Made by a program: the position numbers and the translations under genes. A stretch of 64,000 nt of DNA from assembly GCA_964598565.1 (NCBI GenBank), contig CAZRCG010000010.1:25188-89187 (forward strand). Reading direction: 5' to 3'. This DNA comes from an uncultured Bacteriovoracaceae bacterium (GTDB lineage: Bacteria; Bdellovibrionota; UBA2394). The notes under the pieces were generated by a model that saw nothing but the letters and a program-made list of their open reading frames with translations, ran no database searches and was not told the DNA's origin. Numbering within the stretch: the first letter of the stretch is position 1; each line of letters starts with the position of its first letter. Of the stretch, positions 18,086 to 30,404 are shown one piece after another.

Positions 18086-19995
18086 ATCTTGATTCGAAAG
18101 TTCCAGGGGGAGATCTCGCTTCTAAATGGACTCGACACAAAGAAGATCTAAAACTTGTGAATCCTGCCAACCGTCGAAAGCATCCTATTATAGTGGTGGG
18201 CACTGGCTTGGCAGGTGCCTCGGCGGCTGCATCGCTCGGCGAATTAGGTTATCCAGTGCGTGCTTTTTTTTATCACGAGAGCCCCAGACGTGCTCATAGT
18301 ATCGCAGCCCAAGGTGGTATTAATGCCGCTAAGAACTATCAAAACGATGGGGACTCGGTGCACCGCCTATTTTACGACACAATCAAGGGAGGTGATTATC
18401 GCGCGCGCGAGGCGAATGTCCATCGCCTCGCCGAGGTGAGTGCCAATATTATCGATCAGTGCGTGGCGCAGGGAGTTCCTTTTGCACGCGAGTACGGCGG
18501 CCAATTGGCCAATCGCTCGTTTGGCGGAACACAAGTATCTCGTACATTTTATGCACGAGGCCAGACGGGTCAGCAACTTTTGTTGGGTGCTTACGGCTCA
18601 CTCATGCGCCAGGTGAATTTGGGCTCGGTGACTCTGTTTCCTCGGCGCGAGATGATGGATCTGGTCGTGGTGAACGGCCAAGCGCGAGGCATCATTACTC
18701 GTAATTTGGTCACGGGAGAGCTTGAAATCCATCATGCGCATGCGGTGGTGCTCGCAACCGGCGGTTATTCGAATGTCTTTTATCTATCGACCAATGCGAT
18801 GAATTCAAATGTCACGGCCATCTGGCGTGCTTACAAACGCGGTGCAGGCCTGGCCAATCCTTGCTATACTCAGATTCATCCGACATGCATTCCGGTTTCT
18901 GGAGACTATCAGTCGAAATTGACATTGATGAGTGAGAGCCTTCGAAACGATGGACGCGTATGGGTGCCAAAGGCAGCGGGCGACACGCGCAAGGCAAAAG
19001 ATATTCCTGAGAGCGAAAGAGATTATTTTTTGGAGAGACGCTATCCAAGTTTCGGAAATTTGGTTCCTCGAGATGTCGCTTCGAGGGCGGCGAAGTCGGT
19101 ATGTGATGAGGGCCGTGGCGTAGGCGCGTCTCGTCAGGCCGTCTTCTTAGATTTTTCAGACGCGATTAAGCGTCTTGGGCAGCAGGCGATCGCTGATAAA
19201 TACGGAAATCTTTTTGAGATGTATCAGAAGATTACGGATGAAAATCCCTATGAAACTCCGATGAGAATTTATCCCGCGCCTCATTATACGATGGGAGGTT
19301 TGTGGGTAGACTACAATTTGATGTCGACCATTCCGGGCCTTTTCGTGGCGGGAGAAGCAAATTTTTCCGATCACGGCGCAAACCGTTTGGGTGCTAGTGC
19401 CTTGATGCAGGGACTAGCCGATGGTTATTTTATTTTGCCTTATACGTTGGCGCACTATATCGCAGGGCAGTCGTTTTCTCCGGTAACCGGCTCGGAGCCT
19501 GCATTTATCGACGCTCGAAAAGAGAGTCAGGCGAAGATCGATCGATTTTTTGCCGTCCAAGGTAAAGTGCCGGCTAACGAATTTCATCGACGCCTTGGGC
19601 GTCGCGTATGGGATGCGATTGGGATGGCTCGATCAAAGGTGGGATTAGAAAAAGTAATCGGTGAGATTCAAGAGCTACGCAGTGAGTTTTGGTCTCGATT
19701 GGCGATGCCGGGCGCAGCATCGACGCTCAATCCCGAATTAGAATTGGCCGGGCGAGTATCGGATTTTCTGGAGTTTGCCGAAGTAATGGCGATGGATGCT
19801 CTAACTCGTGAAGAGTCGTGTGGGGGTCACTTTCGAGAAGAATTCCAAAATAACGAAGGCGAAGCAAAACGAGATGATGAATCGTTTTCTCACGTCGCCG
19901 TATGGGAATATCAAGGGGACCAAAAACGTCCCGTTCGGCACAAAGAAGAATTATCGTTCGAAGCGGTCAAGATGAGTCAGCGAAGTTACAAGTGA
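18082..19995 (+). CDS. sdhA: Succinate dehydrogenase / fumarate reductase flavoprotein subunit
   Basis: FAD-binding [23 protein letters not shown]-like [13 protein letters not shown], and a Bacillus-type long form. Start taken at MNLDSK, overlapping the sdhC stop. Confidence 0.9.
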   Translation: MNLDSKVPGGDLASKWTRHKEDLKLVNPANRRKHPIIVVGTGLAGASAAASLGELGYPVRAFFYHESPRRAHSIAAQGGINAAKNYQNDGDSVHRLFYDTIKGGDYRAREANVHRLAEVSANIIDQCVAQGVPFAREYGGQLANRSFGGTQVSRTFYARGQTGQQLLLGAYGSLMRQVNLGSVTLFPRREMMDLVVVNGQARGIITRNLVTGELEIHHAHAVVLATGGYSNVFYLSTNAMNSNVTAIWRAYKRGAGLANPCYTQIHPTCIPVSGDYQSKLTLMSESLRNDGRVWVPKAAGDTRKAKDIPESERDYFLERRYPSFGNLVPRDVASRAAKSVCDEGRGVGASRQAVFLDFSDAIKRLGQQAIADKYGNLFEMYQKITDENPYETPMRIYPAPHYTMGGLWVDYNLMSTIPGLFVAGEANFSDHGANRLGASALMQGLADGYFILPYTLAHYIAGQSFSPVTGSEPAFIDARKESQAKIDRFFAVQGKVPANEFHRRLGRRVWDAIGMARSKVGLEKVIGEIQELRSEFWSRLAMPGAASTLNPELELAGRVSDFLEFAEVMAMDALTREESCGGHFREEFQNNEGEAKRDDESFSHVAVWEYQGDQKRPVRHKEELSFEAVKMSQRSYK

Positions 19996-20008
19996 CAGAG
20001 GAGCGACT

Positions 20009-20773
20009 ATGAAGGTCATTTTAAAAGTATGGCGGCAGCGAAATTCTGAAAGCGCGGGGGCTTTCGTGATGTATGAGCGAGAGGCCGTATCTCCTGATAT
20101 GTCTTTTTTAGAGATGTTGGACGTGCTGAACGAGGAGCTTGTAAAAAAGGGAGAAGAGCCGGTCGCTTTTGATCATGACTGTCGCGAAGGCATTTGTGGA
20201 ACCTGCGGCATGATGATCAACGGATTGCCCCATGGCGGCCAACCGGCCACGACCGCCTGTCAGTTGCATATGCGTCATTTTAGCGAAGGCGATTTGATCG
20301 TCATTGAACCCTTTCGAGCCAAGGCATTTCCTGTACTAAAAGATCTCTGTGTCGATAGAAGTTCTTTCGATCGTGTTATTAAAGCCGGGGGTTATACATC
20401 GGTGAATACGGGGTCGGCGCCAGAGGCCAATGCCATTTTAGTTTCTAAAGAGACGGCCGAGCAGGCCTTTGATCATGCGGCGTGTATTGGATGCGGGGCT
20501 TGTGTCGCAACGTGTAAGAATGCGTCGGCGATGTTGTTTGTGAGTGCGAAGGTATCTCAAATGGCTCTCTTACCACAGGGGCATCCTGAGAGAGGTCGCC
20601 GGGTTGTTTCGATGGTTGCCGCTATGGATCAAGAAGGCTTTGGGGCCTGCACAAACGAAGCAGAATGTTCGGCGATTTGTCCGAAATCCATTCCCTTTAC
20701 GTCGATTACGCGTTTAAATCGAGAGTATATAAGAGCGGTCGTTACAGGAAGCAACGTGGCTGCCAAAGATTGA
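20009..20773 (+). CDS. sdhB: Succinate dehydrogenase iron-sulfur subunit
   Basis: [15 protein letters not shown] and [11 protein letters not shown] cysteine clusters. RBS GAGGAG upstream. Confidence 0.9.
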   Translation: MKVILKVWRQRNSESAGAFVMYEREAVSPDMSFLEMLDVLNEELVKKGEEPVAFDHDCREGICGTCGMMINGLPHGGQPATTACQLHMRHFSEGDLIVIEPFRAKAFPVLKDLCVDRSSFDRVIKAGGYTSVNTGSAPEANAILVSKETAEQAFDHAACIGCGACVATCKNASAMLFVSAKVSQMALLPQGHPERGRRVVSMVAAMDQEGFGACTNEAECSAICPKSIPFTSITRLNREYIRAVVTGSNVAAKD

Positions 20774-20785
20774 GATAGCAATGTT

Positions 20786-22252
20786 ATGTCTTCTTTTTCG
20801 ATAGAAGAAAAACTTAGGTGGTATGAACATTTTTTGAATCTGAGTCGAAAGATGCAGGACGAGTCGCTGCAGTCGGTCTGCCGCTATTTGATGGACGATG
20901 CTATTGAAGCCGCTCGAGCCGAAACAGGTTATTTTCTCACGGTTGATTCTCAAGGCAAATTTAAGATCATTTACGCTCGAACAGGCGGTCGAGACGATAT
21001 TGCTAGAGCCGACCAACATTTTTCAGAGAGTATTGTTCGCCGAGCGGTCGAACTCCAATCACCGGTGATTATTGACGATGCCTTGGCGCATCCTGAATTT
21101 CGTGAGGCGAAATCAGTCATTGCCGGTAATCTTAAATCAGTCTTAGCGGTGCCCTTCTTTTATAACAAAAAGCTCGTGGGTTTGGTGTATTTAGAAAATA
21201 GAAATCAGACTCAGTATTTTGCCCCAGATCTTCTCGAGTTGTTGAATGTTTTTTCAAGTCATGCCGCTGTACTACTGTATACCAAAATGAATGAGGCTCC
21301 AGCCTCGTCGACGGCTCTGGCCGTAGAAAGTTTGCAGTCTAAGAATACTCGTATGCAGAAGGTACTGCAGATGGTTGAAATGGCCGCGCAATCTGATTCA
21401 TCGGTTTTGATTTTGGGCGAAACGGGCACGGGCAAAGAAGTTTTGGCTAACCATCTTCATCGTCTCAGTAAACGAGCCTCCAAGCCGTTTGTTCCCATTA
21501 ACTGCTCGGCGATTCCCGATACTCTCATCGAAAGTGAGCTTTTTGGTTACAAGAAGGGGGCCTTCACGGGCGCCGCAGGCGATCGCGATGGCTTGCTGCG
21601 AAAGGCCGATTTAGGCACTGTCTTTCTCGATGAGATCGGAGATTTGCAGCTTCATATGCAGGTCAAGCTTCTGCGCGTGATTCAAGAAAAAAGATTTACT
21701 CGTCTTGGCTCTACGGTCGAAGAGGGTAGTGACTTTCGCTTGATTTCGGCAACTCATCAGCCGCTTGATGAGCAGATTCAAAAAGGCTTTTTTAGGCAGG
21801 ATCTTTTCTTCAGAATCAATACCATCACCGTGGAGCTGCCGCCTCTGCGAGAGCGACTAGAAGATTTAATGGACCTAGCTCAAACATTTATTGAAGAGAC
21901 GGCGGCTGAAACGAATCGCTCTATAAAAGGATGTGACGAAAGCGCCCGTCTGAAGCTCTTAGACTTTGATTGGCCAGGAAATATACGGCAGCTAAAGAAT
22001 GCGATTCAGCGAGCGTCGGCGCTCGTGCCTTCCGATCAAAAAAATTATATCTTTCGGGGGGACGATTTTGCCTTTCTCACGACCAAAGTGCAGGCGTTGG
22101 ATCTTCCCTCCCTCCAAGATGCTAAAGATGAATTCATTCGAAACTACGTGAAGAAGGCCATTCTGATTCATAAGGGAAATAAATCCAAAGCGGCGAAAGC
22201 CCTGGGCGTTGACCCCAAGACGCTCTATCGCCATTTACTTGAAGATAAGTAG
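20786..22252 (+). CDS. Sigma-54-dependent transcriptional regulator with an N-terminal GAF domain
   Basis: GAF-like N-terminus. Motifs GETGTGKE, ESELFGYKKGAFTGA and GNIRQLKN. C-terminal Fis-type HTH. Confidence 0.85.
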   Translation: MSSFSIEEKLRWYEHFLNLSRKMQDESLQSVCRYLMDDAIEAARAETGYFLTVDSQGKFKIIYARTGGRDDIARADQHFSESIVRRAVELQSPVIIDDALAHPEFREAKSVIAGNLKSVLAVPFFYNKKLVGLVYLENRNQTQYFAPDLLELLNVFSSHAAVLLYTKMNEAPASSTALAVESLQSKNTRMQKVLQMVEMAAQSDSSVLILGETGTGKEVLANHLHRLSKRASKPFVPINCSAIPDTLIESELFGYKKGAFTGAAGDRDGLLRKADLGTVFLDEIGDLQLHMQVKLLRVIQEKRFTRLGSTVEEGSDFRLISATHQPLDEQIQKGFFRQDLFFRINTITVELPPLRERLEDLMDLAQTFIEETAAETNRSIKGCDESARLKLLDFDWPGNIRQLKNAIQRASALVPSDQKNYIFRGDDFAFLTTKVQALDLPSLQDAKDEFIRNYVKKAILIHKGNKSKAAKALGVDPKTLYRHLLEDK

Positions 22253-22272
22253 ATCGGCTTACGGTGTCGTAA

Positions 22273-22619
22273 CGCTTTATAAGCGGGCCAAGGCAGGTAG
22301 GAAAAACAACCCTAGCAAAGCAGTGGTTAGCGTCTCAAAAAGGAGCTTACTTTAGCTGGGACCTTGAGACTGATAGAGATCGGCTCTTATCGAGAAAATT
22401 TCCCGACGAAGAAGCCGTCGTTTTGGATGGAATTCATAAATATCCTCGATGGAAAAGATAGCTGAAAGGAATCTACGATCACTCGCAAGGTTTTCAGACG
22501 ATACTTGTGATGGGCAGTGCAAGACTTGAGATCTATGAAAAAGGGGCCGACAGTCTCTTTGGTCGATATAATTTGCTGCGTTGGCCACCCCAATGTCGTA
22601 CTCTCGGCGATTCATGACT
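22273..22619 (+). pseudogene. Decayed remnant of an AAA_14/DUF4143-family ATPase gene. It is 5'-truncated, frameshifted and 3'-truncated.
   Basis: Frame 1 reads RFISGPRQVGKTTLSKQWL...VVLDGIHKYPRWKR*, a Walker A plus a degenerate ifiDEiQ..P.W box. After a frameshift near 22460 it reads LKGIYDHSQGFQTILVMGSARLEIYEKGADSLFGRYNLLRWPP..*, resembling the TGSs...L.GR...l.Plsf box. No start codon, and the C-terminal DUF4143 part is missing. Confidence 0.55.
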
Positions 22620-22736
22620 CGGCCTACCTTGTATTGCGTAATTACGAAATACACTCTTCAGGTTTGTGCAAGTGTAGCAAAATGACGCCGTGCCCCATTG
22701 CTCCTTTGCCTTCCGTAGGCGTAAAATGAAAGAAGC

Positions 22737-23420
22737 GTGAATTCTGAGCTCTCACTTGTGCCTCTCTTTAACGGAGAAGATTTGATTCGGTTCGTAACGG
22801 CGGTTTTGGTTGCCCTCGTCTGTGGATTTGTCATTGGTATTGAACGCGAGAGTAAGGGCAAGCCGGCAGGCTTACGCACCTTAGTATTAATTTCGATAGG
22901 TTCCTGTCTCTTTTGTCAGGCTTCTCACTTGGTGGCCCTGAAGACGGGCGATCCTGGCAGAATTGCGGCTCAAATTGTGACCGGGATTGGCTTTCTGGGA
23001 GCGGGCGCCATTCTTCAGAAATCTCAGCAGGGCTATATTGCCGGATTAACCACCGCGGCGAGTATTTGGGTGACTGCCGCCATCGGCATGTTGGCAGGAC
23101 TTGGTTATTATATATTTGCGTTGGTCGGGGTTTCGTTGGTGGTATTGGCGCTGCGGCTCTTGGCGCAATTAGAGGGCTTTCTCTTTTACGACAACAATAT
23201 TGAAGTACGACGAATTCTTTATGAATCGAATTTCGGCAAAACGAAGTGGGAGCTTATCGGGCAGTTAGAAGAGAATCTCATTCGGCCCGACGAATATGTA
23301 TTTCTCGCGGGAGTGCACGGGCGACCGTGCCTCGAGCTTCGGTTCAATCACAAAAACAGAAATCATCGTTCATTTTTGGCTCAGGTCGCGGGATCTAATC
23401 AAATTCTTGAGATCGTCTAG
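22737..23420 (+). CDS. mgtC: MgtC/SapB family membrane protein
   Basis: VIGIERESKGKPAGLRT plus hydrophobic helices. GTG start. A C-terminal ACT-like domain. Confidence 0.75.
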   Translation: MNSELSLVPLFNGEDLIRFVTAVLVALVCGFVIGIERESKGKPAGLRTLVLISIGSCLFCQASHLVALKTGDPGRIAAQIVTGIGFLGAGAILQKSQQGYIAGLTTAASIWVTAAIGMLAGLGYYIFALVGVSLVVLALRLLAQLEGFLFYDNNIEVRRILYESNFGKTKWELIGQLEENLIRPDEYVFLAGVHGRPCLELRFNHKNRNHRSFLAQVAGSNQILEIV

Positions 23421-23443
23421 TCTTTCTGTAAGTCTTAGCTTTC

Positions 23444-24280
23444 ATGCGCCAAGTTTTGATTACAGGAAGCTCGAGTGGTTTTGGTCATGATTTAGTGGGG
23501 CTCTTTCTTCGGCGGGGTTATCGGGTGATCGCCACACTGAGAAATGCCTCAAGCCGCCGAGATATTTTTTCAAATGAACTTTCGAAATATCCAGACAAAC
23601 TCCTCATTCGAGAACTTGATGTGACGCGTGCCGTGGATCGGCAGGCGCTGGTGAAAGAATTTGGCGAGCTTGATATTCTCATCAATAATGCGGGCTTTGG
23701 TCTTTACGGCGCCTTCGAAGATATGTCGGAAACTCAAATTCGAGACCAGTTTGAGGTTAATTTTTTTTCTGTCTTAAATCTGACTCATGATTTCTTGCCT
23801 GCCCTGAAAAAGCGGTCTGGCCGCGTTATCGTTTTGTCGTCGGCGGCGGGCTATATTGGCGTCCCTTTTGGCTCCCTTTATGGAGCGTCGAAGTTTGCCC
23901 TCGAAGGATGGGCGGAATCACTATGGTATGAGCTGAAGACGCAAGGAATTCATATCACTCTTGTCGAGCCGGGCCAGTTTCGTACGTCCTTTTCTCAGAA
24001 CATGAAATATGCCGAACATTTTAGTGATCCCTTTTCGCCGTATTTTAAAATGTCGAAGGCCTTCAAGCAGTTTCGTGAAGATCGAAGTCAAAAAAGAGGT
24101 GTGCCGAGCGATAAGGTGCTCAAGACCATTTTGTCCGTCGCCGAAATGCCGTGGCCTCCGCTTCGACTGCGCTGCGGTACGGATGCTCGTCTCGGGTTTT
24201 GGTTGAAGTGGCTTCTGCCCGAGCGTCTCTTTTTAGGTCTACTCAAAAGCGTATTTTCGAAGGTCTATCTGGGAAAATAA
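23444..24280 (+). CDS. SDR-family oxidoreductase
   Basis: ITGSSSGFG (the TGxxxGxG motif), NNAG, and YGASK (the YxxxK motif). Confidence 0.85.
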   Translation: MRQVLITGSSSGFGHDLVGLFLRRGYRVIATLRNASSRRDIFSNELSKYPDKLLIRELDVTRAVDRQALVKEFGELDILINNAGFGLYGAFEDMSETQIRDQFEVNFFSVLNLTHDFLPALKKRSGRVIVLSSAAGYIGVPFGSLYGASKFALEGWAESLWYELKTQGIHITLVEPGQFRTSFSQNMKYAEHFSDPFSPYFKMSKAFKQFREDRSQKRGVPSDKVLKTILSVAEMPWPPLRLRCGTDARLGFWLKWLLPERLFLGLLKSVFSKVYLGK

Positions 24281-24334
24281 CGACCGCGCCTGCAGGGTGC
24301 GGCTGCTCAATGATATGTGAGCACCAAAATGTCA

Positions 24335-26341
24335 CTACTTTCGTAGGTAAGTATATCCCCTCATGACTCGCTCGAAGAAATCGACAAGTTCCACGCCGTC
24401 TCGAGGTTTGATGGCGCCTTCTCGCACCCGATCTTCAATCGCTGTTTGCACGCGTTTGGATAGATCTGCGGGAATGAATTGATTTTCTTCCAAGACCGAG
24501 CTGATGGTGTCTCCAGGTATCACTTCTTGAATATAAAAATCTTCAGGGTCATCGTCGTCGCAAAAAACATGCACCTCGTTTACGCGACCAAATAAATTGT
24601 GCATATCGCCCATGATATCTTGATAGGCACCTGTCAGAAAAATACCAAGATAGTAGGGTTTGCCGTTAAGCTGATGTAACCAAAGGCCTGTATCGAATGG
24701 GGCTTGGCGAGCAATGAATCGATCGATTACTCCATCACTATCGCATGTAATGTCGACTAGATTGCAGGCTTTACGAGGGGCTTCGAGCATGCGGTGAATC
24801 GGTACGATGGGAAAGAGTTGATCAAAGGCCCAGTGATCTGGCGCGCTCTGAAATACTGAAAAATTGACCAAATACTGGCTCTTCGACTGTTGAGTAATAT
24901 CGTCTAGGTCTGCGGATTGTCGTTTTAAGCGTTTGCGATTTTTAAAAATCCAGGTTTGAATTTCTCGCACCAGATCTTCGGCAAATGAGCGTTCTTTCAG
25001 GGTGATTAGACCCAGCTTAAATCGACTTAAGGCTTCTTCATTTTTGGCGAGGGCCTCATGAAAATTGCTTAAAGCATTTTTCGGACTAATCTCGACAAGA
25101 AGTTGCCAGATCTCTTTGGCAAATTCGGAGTCTTGAAGGGCCTCAGGAAAAGATGTGAGCGGCTTACCCAGCGGGGCATTGCTGCCAATGACATTCATGA
25201 TAAGACACGAATGATGGGCCGTGATGGCGCGGCCCGACTCAGATACCAGCGTGGGATGTGGCTCATGCTGTTCATCACAAATCTGTTGAATTGTCGAAGC
25301 GACATTCGAAATATAATCTTCAAGAGAATAATTAATGGAATAGTCAGAGTTTGATTGTGAACCATCGTAGTCCACTCCAAGCCCACCACCGATATCGACA
25401 AATTTTAGAGGCACTCCAATTTTACGAATATTGACGTAGAAGCGAGCAGCTTCCATGGTGGCCTCGCGAATGGCTCGAATATCGGGGACTTGGGATCCAA
25501 TATGAAAATGAACCAGAGTCAACGCGGACATGAGGTTCGCCTCTTTCAAACGTTCGATGGCTTCAAGAACTTCGGTGGGGGAGAGCCCGAATTTAGCATG
25601 ATCGCCGCCGCTATCTTGCCATTTTCCAGACCCCTTGCTGGAGAGCTTACAACGAATGCCTAGTAGAGGCGTAATGCCCGTTTGCTTTACTAAGTGGATG
25701 ATCGAATCGATTTCAGAGGGTTGTTCGATGACGATAATAATTTTGCGACCCAGCTGATTTCCTAAAAGAGCGAGTCGAAGATAGTCGGTGTCTTTGTAGC
25801 CGTTACAGATGGTGAGAGCTTCTTTATTTACATTGTACGCAAGAACGATTTGAAGTTCGGCTTTACTGCCACACTCGAGCCCATAGTGAAACGGCGAGCC
25901 TGCATCTAAAATTTCTTCGATTACTTCTCGAAGCTGGTTCACCTTGATGGGATAAACACCCCGATAGGGTGCTTGATAATTCAAATCGGATAAGACTTTA
26001 TTGAAGACGGTATTGAGCTTTGTCACTCGATCTCGCAGAATATCTTGAAAACGAATGATGCACGGAAGATCAATCGCCTTCTTTTTCAATTCTTCTACAA
26101 TATCGATAACTTCGATACTTGGCCCGCCGTCTCCTTGGGGCAGCATGGTGATATTGCCCATATCGTTGACCGAAAAATAACCATTGCCCCACCCATCAAT
26201 ATTATAAAACGAGATCGCATCATCTTTTGTCCACTTGCGAGGAGCTTTAAGAGGATCAACTTCACTGAGTGTCTCTGGAGCCACCGTTTCTGCGTGGGGG
26301 ATCACAGGACTCGGATCGCCTAATAGATTCTGTTCCACCAC
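24335..26341 (-). CDS. speA: Biosynthetic arginine decarboxylase
   Basis: 668 aa. The N-terminal region WTKDDAISFYNIDGWGNGYFSVN, the YPIKVN block and the PLP-fold decarboxylase architecture are typical of SpeA. Confidence 0.9.
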   Translation of the reverse strand: MVEQNLLGDPSPVIPHAETVAPETLSEVDPLKAPRKWTKDDAISFYNIDGWGNGYFSVNDMGNITMLPQGDGGPSIEVIDIVEELKKKAIDLPCIIRFQDILRDRVTKLNTVFNKVLSDLNYQAPYRGVYPIKVNQLREVIEEILDAGSPFHYGLECGSKAELQIVLAYNVNKEALTICNGYKDTDYLRLALLGNQLGRKIIIVIEQPSEIDSIIHLVKQTGITPLLGIRCKLSSKGSGKWQDSGGDHAKFGLSPTEVLEAIERLKEANLMSALTLVHFHIGSQVPDIRAIREATMEAARFYVNIRKIGVPLKFVDIGGGLGVDYDGSQSNSDYSINYSLEDYISNVASTIQQICDEQHEPHPTLVSESGRAITAHHSCLIMNVIGSNAPLGKPLTSFPEALQDSEFAKEIWQLLVEISPKNALSNFHEALAKNEEALSRFKLGLITLKERSFAEDLVREIQTWIFKNRKRLKRQSADLDDITQQSKSQYLVNFSVFQSAPDHWAFDQLFPIVPIHRMLEAPRKACNLVDITCDSDGVIDRFIARQAPFDTGLWLHQLNGKPYYLGIFLTGAYQDIMGDMHNLFGRVNEVHVFCDDDDPEDFYIQEVIPGDTISSVLEENQFIPADLSKRVQTAIEDRVREGAIKPRDGVELVDFFERVMRGYTYLRK

Positions 26342-26347
26342 GGCACC

Positions 26348-28072
26348 TTAGCGCAACGCAGTGCTTTCGGGCAACGGGGATGAGTTAATAAGATGGATCC
26401 ATTCTTCTGCCGCGATGAGCGTTTGGTCGAGACTGCCGATGGAAAAGCGACCGTGAAAGTCAGCCCAAGCGGGATGGGCCAAAGTCTGACGTCTAAACGG
26501 CGCGAAGCGTCTCGTTTCGAGAACAATGGGCGCTACACGGGGCCCAGCGGCTATCATAAGGGCCTCGGGTAAGTCGGTTGCTCGTTGATTGTGACTCAAG
26601 TTAGATAAAAGAATATCGGGTTTGACACCGTCGCGCTGTGGGCTGACGCCATCAATGCCATAATACTGAAACGTGGTAAGCATCGGGGCTGACTGAGCCC
26701 ACCCGTCGACAACTTGTCTTTGACCAATGCCTTTGCCGTAAGTTTTAGAACCTATAAGAATGGCCCGCTCGAGAGACTGAAGACTATAGGCTAAAATCTC
26801 AGAAGCCGAGGCCGACTGGTCATCGATCAATACAATAAGTGGATTCTGAGTACGAGTGACGAGCCGAGTGTCTTTGGGAGCTGAGATGGGATGACTTATA
26901 CCAGGAGTTGAGAAATGGGATTCGTCTACGACTTCAGCTGTTATAAGATCTAGGCTCTGACGAGAGCGAAACTTACCGAGAGGTGACTGACCCACAAAGA
27001 GGCGAGCGATCAGAACCATCTCGAAGACGCTACCCCCAGGATTGCCCTGCAAATCCAATATAATGGGTTGTTTGTCATCGATGGATTCCAAAACTTTCGA
27101 CACCCCTAGAGCGGCTCCGTGGTCAAATCCGGTGAGTGCGATATAGGTATGAGATGCCTTTATCTGCGCAAACACCAAAGACATTTTTTGAGATGCACTT
27201 TCTAATAAGACGTCTTTGAACTCTGTGCCGCGAAGTACTCTCGCTAAAATATAAGGCTGGTAAACTGCTTTGATGGCCTTAGTTAGTTTTCGAAAATCTT
27301 TCGGATTTTGCCCCCACTCATCGAGGCTAATGACGGGCGGTGGGCTTCTAAGATCTTTGAACGGAAAACTCATGCCGACGATTTTATCGCCACGTATCAG
27401 CGGGCTCTCGGGTAGGCTCAGCGTCACCAAAAAAGCGAATGAGTTCTTTGAACTAGGCTCACGGACAACTCGATAACGGAAGCCATACGAAAAGTTCTCT
27501 GTACCGATACGAGAGTCTGATAAATCTAAATGGCTGAATGAGTCCATCGACCGCAGCAAAGTATCAATATATTCATGATAGATGGTGGGATAGGGATCAT
27601 AACGATTGTAGGGTTTACTCAGGTCATCGACACCAGAGTCTAACGGCTCTAAATCCGATACCGTCTCACTGACGAATTGATCGATCTCCTTTAAGAGGGT
27701 GCACGATTCGAAGGTGCTTACGAAGGTCTGTTGAGTGCTTTCGAGATGTAGTTCGGAAAGTCGTTTTTGGGCAGAGCTCACGTTTTTTGGATGAGTCGCA
27801 GCATAAACAGGTGCGATCTTAGAGAACCACTGATGACGGTCTTCGAGAATTTGCAAAAGAGTATCTTGATGAGAGGGTTCAAGCTCGTGTTCGCGGCGCC
27901 ACAAATGATTGCTAAAAAATATTCGAGCTAATTGTTTTGTGGAATGGCAAAGAGTGGCTTCAAGGGTTGCGTCAAACGTACGCGACTCGGGTGACGATGA
28001 ATTACACGCCGATAGAGAAGCGAGCAATCCTGCCAGAATGCTGGTGAACATGAAGCGAGATCTGGCGACCAT
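26348..28072 (-). CDS. S41-family (C-terminal processing) peptidase, lipoprotein
   Basis: LDLQGNPGGSV corresponds to the S41 DLRxNxGG motif. Lipobox LASLSAC. Start taken at MVARSRF. Confidence 0.7.
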   Translation of the reverse strand: MVARSRFMFTSILAGLLASLSACNSSSPESRTFDATLEATLCHSTKQLARIFFSNHLWRREHELEPSHQDTLLQILEDRHQWFSKIAPVYAATHPKNVSSAQKRLSELHLESTQQTFVSTFESCTLLKEIDQFVSETVSDLEPLDSGVDDLSKPYNRYDPYPTIYHEYIDTLLRSMDSFSHLDLSDSRIGTENFSYGFRYRVVREPSSKNSFAFLVTLSLPESPLIRGDKIVGMSFPFKDLRSPPPVISLDEWGQNPKDFRKLTKAIKAVYQPYILARVLRGTEFKDVLLESASQKMSLVFAQIKASHTYIALTGFDHGAALGVSKVLESIDDKQPIILDLQGNPGGSVFEMVLIARLFVGQSPLGKFRSRQSLDLITAEVVDESHFSTPGISHPISAPKDTRLVTRTQNPLIVLIDDQSASASEILAYSLQSLERAILIGSKTYGKGIGQRQVVDGWAQSAPMLTTFQYYGIDGVSPQRDGVKPDILLSNLSHNQRATDLPEALMIAAGPRVAPIVLETRRFAPFRRQTLAHPAWADFHGRFSIGSLDQTLIAAEEWIHLINSSPLPESTALR

Positions 28073-28103
28073 GACTTGAGGAAAGACTATCAAGGGGCTC
28101 CTT

Positions 28104-28961
28104 TTAGCATTCTTGATGATTCTTCGAAAGGTCTGCGCACAAATGACGGACCACTACCGAATAGATCGGAAATCGCCTTTTAATCCACGGATTTTCTTGG
28201 AATTTTTCAATATAATAGGTGGGCATCGCGGTAGACCACTTTGTGGGCACTGTATCTTCCAGTAGCTTCAGAGATAGGTCCAGCTCTTCCTGCCCCTGAT
28301 GAAATAAGACGATGCTCGAGGTAGACGAAAAAAGCTTTCGATAAAATGCCCTAGGATCAAAGGCCTTGAGCGAGAGACCATCCCGGCGATGAAGGTCTTC
28401 GACAATATAAGGAAAGAGGCAAAAAACGAGATCCCATCTTTCTTCGTCATGAGATACGCGAGAGATTTCTCTATTCCAAGGCTCCCAATATTGGCGATGG
28501 TCGAGCCAATTACCTTGAAAAACCGACACTCGAGAATGCGCCTGCCATTGTTGAGCGAGACTGGCGTGGTAGTGAGCCGCATCTCCTCGTCGAAAGCCAT
28601 TCCAATACATAGCGTCCAAACCTGTTTCGAGAGATTCTAGCTCAAAAGAGCCTGAAATTTTCGAGCTGAGCAGTCGACCAAGAGCCATCGCGTAGGGAAA
28701 GTGACGTGAGCCAATGTCGAGCGCGCGGTAGGGAGCGCTGGTTTTGAAAAAATTTTCAGGCCACTTCATAGTATCGAATATCCAAGCATACAGAAGCGCC
28801 GTTCTTAAATGGGGCTCGCTTACCTGTCGGGCGAAGTGATATGGAAAGAGCAACTGCTGCCGAACAAGATCTTCATCGGTATTCGATTCGTGATATCCTG
28901 AGCGAAGGCGAGGCATAAAACGACGAAGTTGAATTGAAATATCGTTCCACGAAGGGATCAT
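28104..28961 (-). CDS. Hypothetical protein, upstream gene of the S41-speA transcription unit
   Basis: 285 aa with no clear domain. A weak Rossmann-like ALDIGSRHF segment. Ends 10 nt before the S41 peptidase start. Confidence 0.45.
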   Translation of the reverse strand: MIPSWNDISIQLRRFMPRLRSGYHESNTDEDLVRQQLLFPYHFARQVSEPHLRTALLYAWIFDTMKWPENFFKTSAPYRALDIGSRHFPYAMALGRLLSSKISGSFELESLETGLDAMYWNGFRRGDAAHYHASLAQQWQAHSRVSVFQGNWLDHRQYWEPWNREISRVSHDEERWDLVFCLFPYIVEDLHRRDGLSLKAFDPRAFYRKLFSSTSSIVLFHQGQEELDLSLKLLEDTVPTKWSTAMPTYYIEKFQENPWIKRRFPIYSVVVRHLCADLSKNHQEC

Positions 28962-29005
28962 TTTTTCACTTTGACCGAAACACCATCTTCGGTTCTCTTA
29001 AAGAT

Positions 29006-30278
<1,273 letters not shown>

Positions 30279-30404
30279 TCATAAAATTTCGTTGCGAGTG
30301 GGCTCAGAACGCGAAGCGACCCAAGCGCCAACGTTGGCATGGGGCATGCACTCTCAAGGCCATGAGAGGGGGCCCCGGCGGCCGGACACCCCTATAGAGG
30401 CTTT

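Noticed and set aside
22352-22654. 100-aa minus-strand ORF in the sigma-54 regulator / mgtC gap
   Set aside because: The plus strand of the same DNA encodes a recognisable, though broken, AAA_14 Walker-A / TGSS sequence. The minus ORF is most likely a shadow.
22721-22736. Mini-ORF ATGAAAGAAGCGTGA immediately before the mgtC GTG start
   Set aside because: It could be a leader peptide, but at 4 codons with no Pro codons or other attenuation signature it is not supportable.
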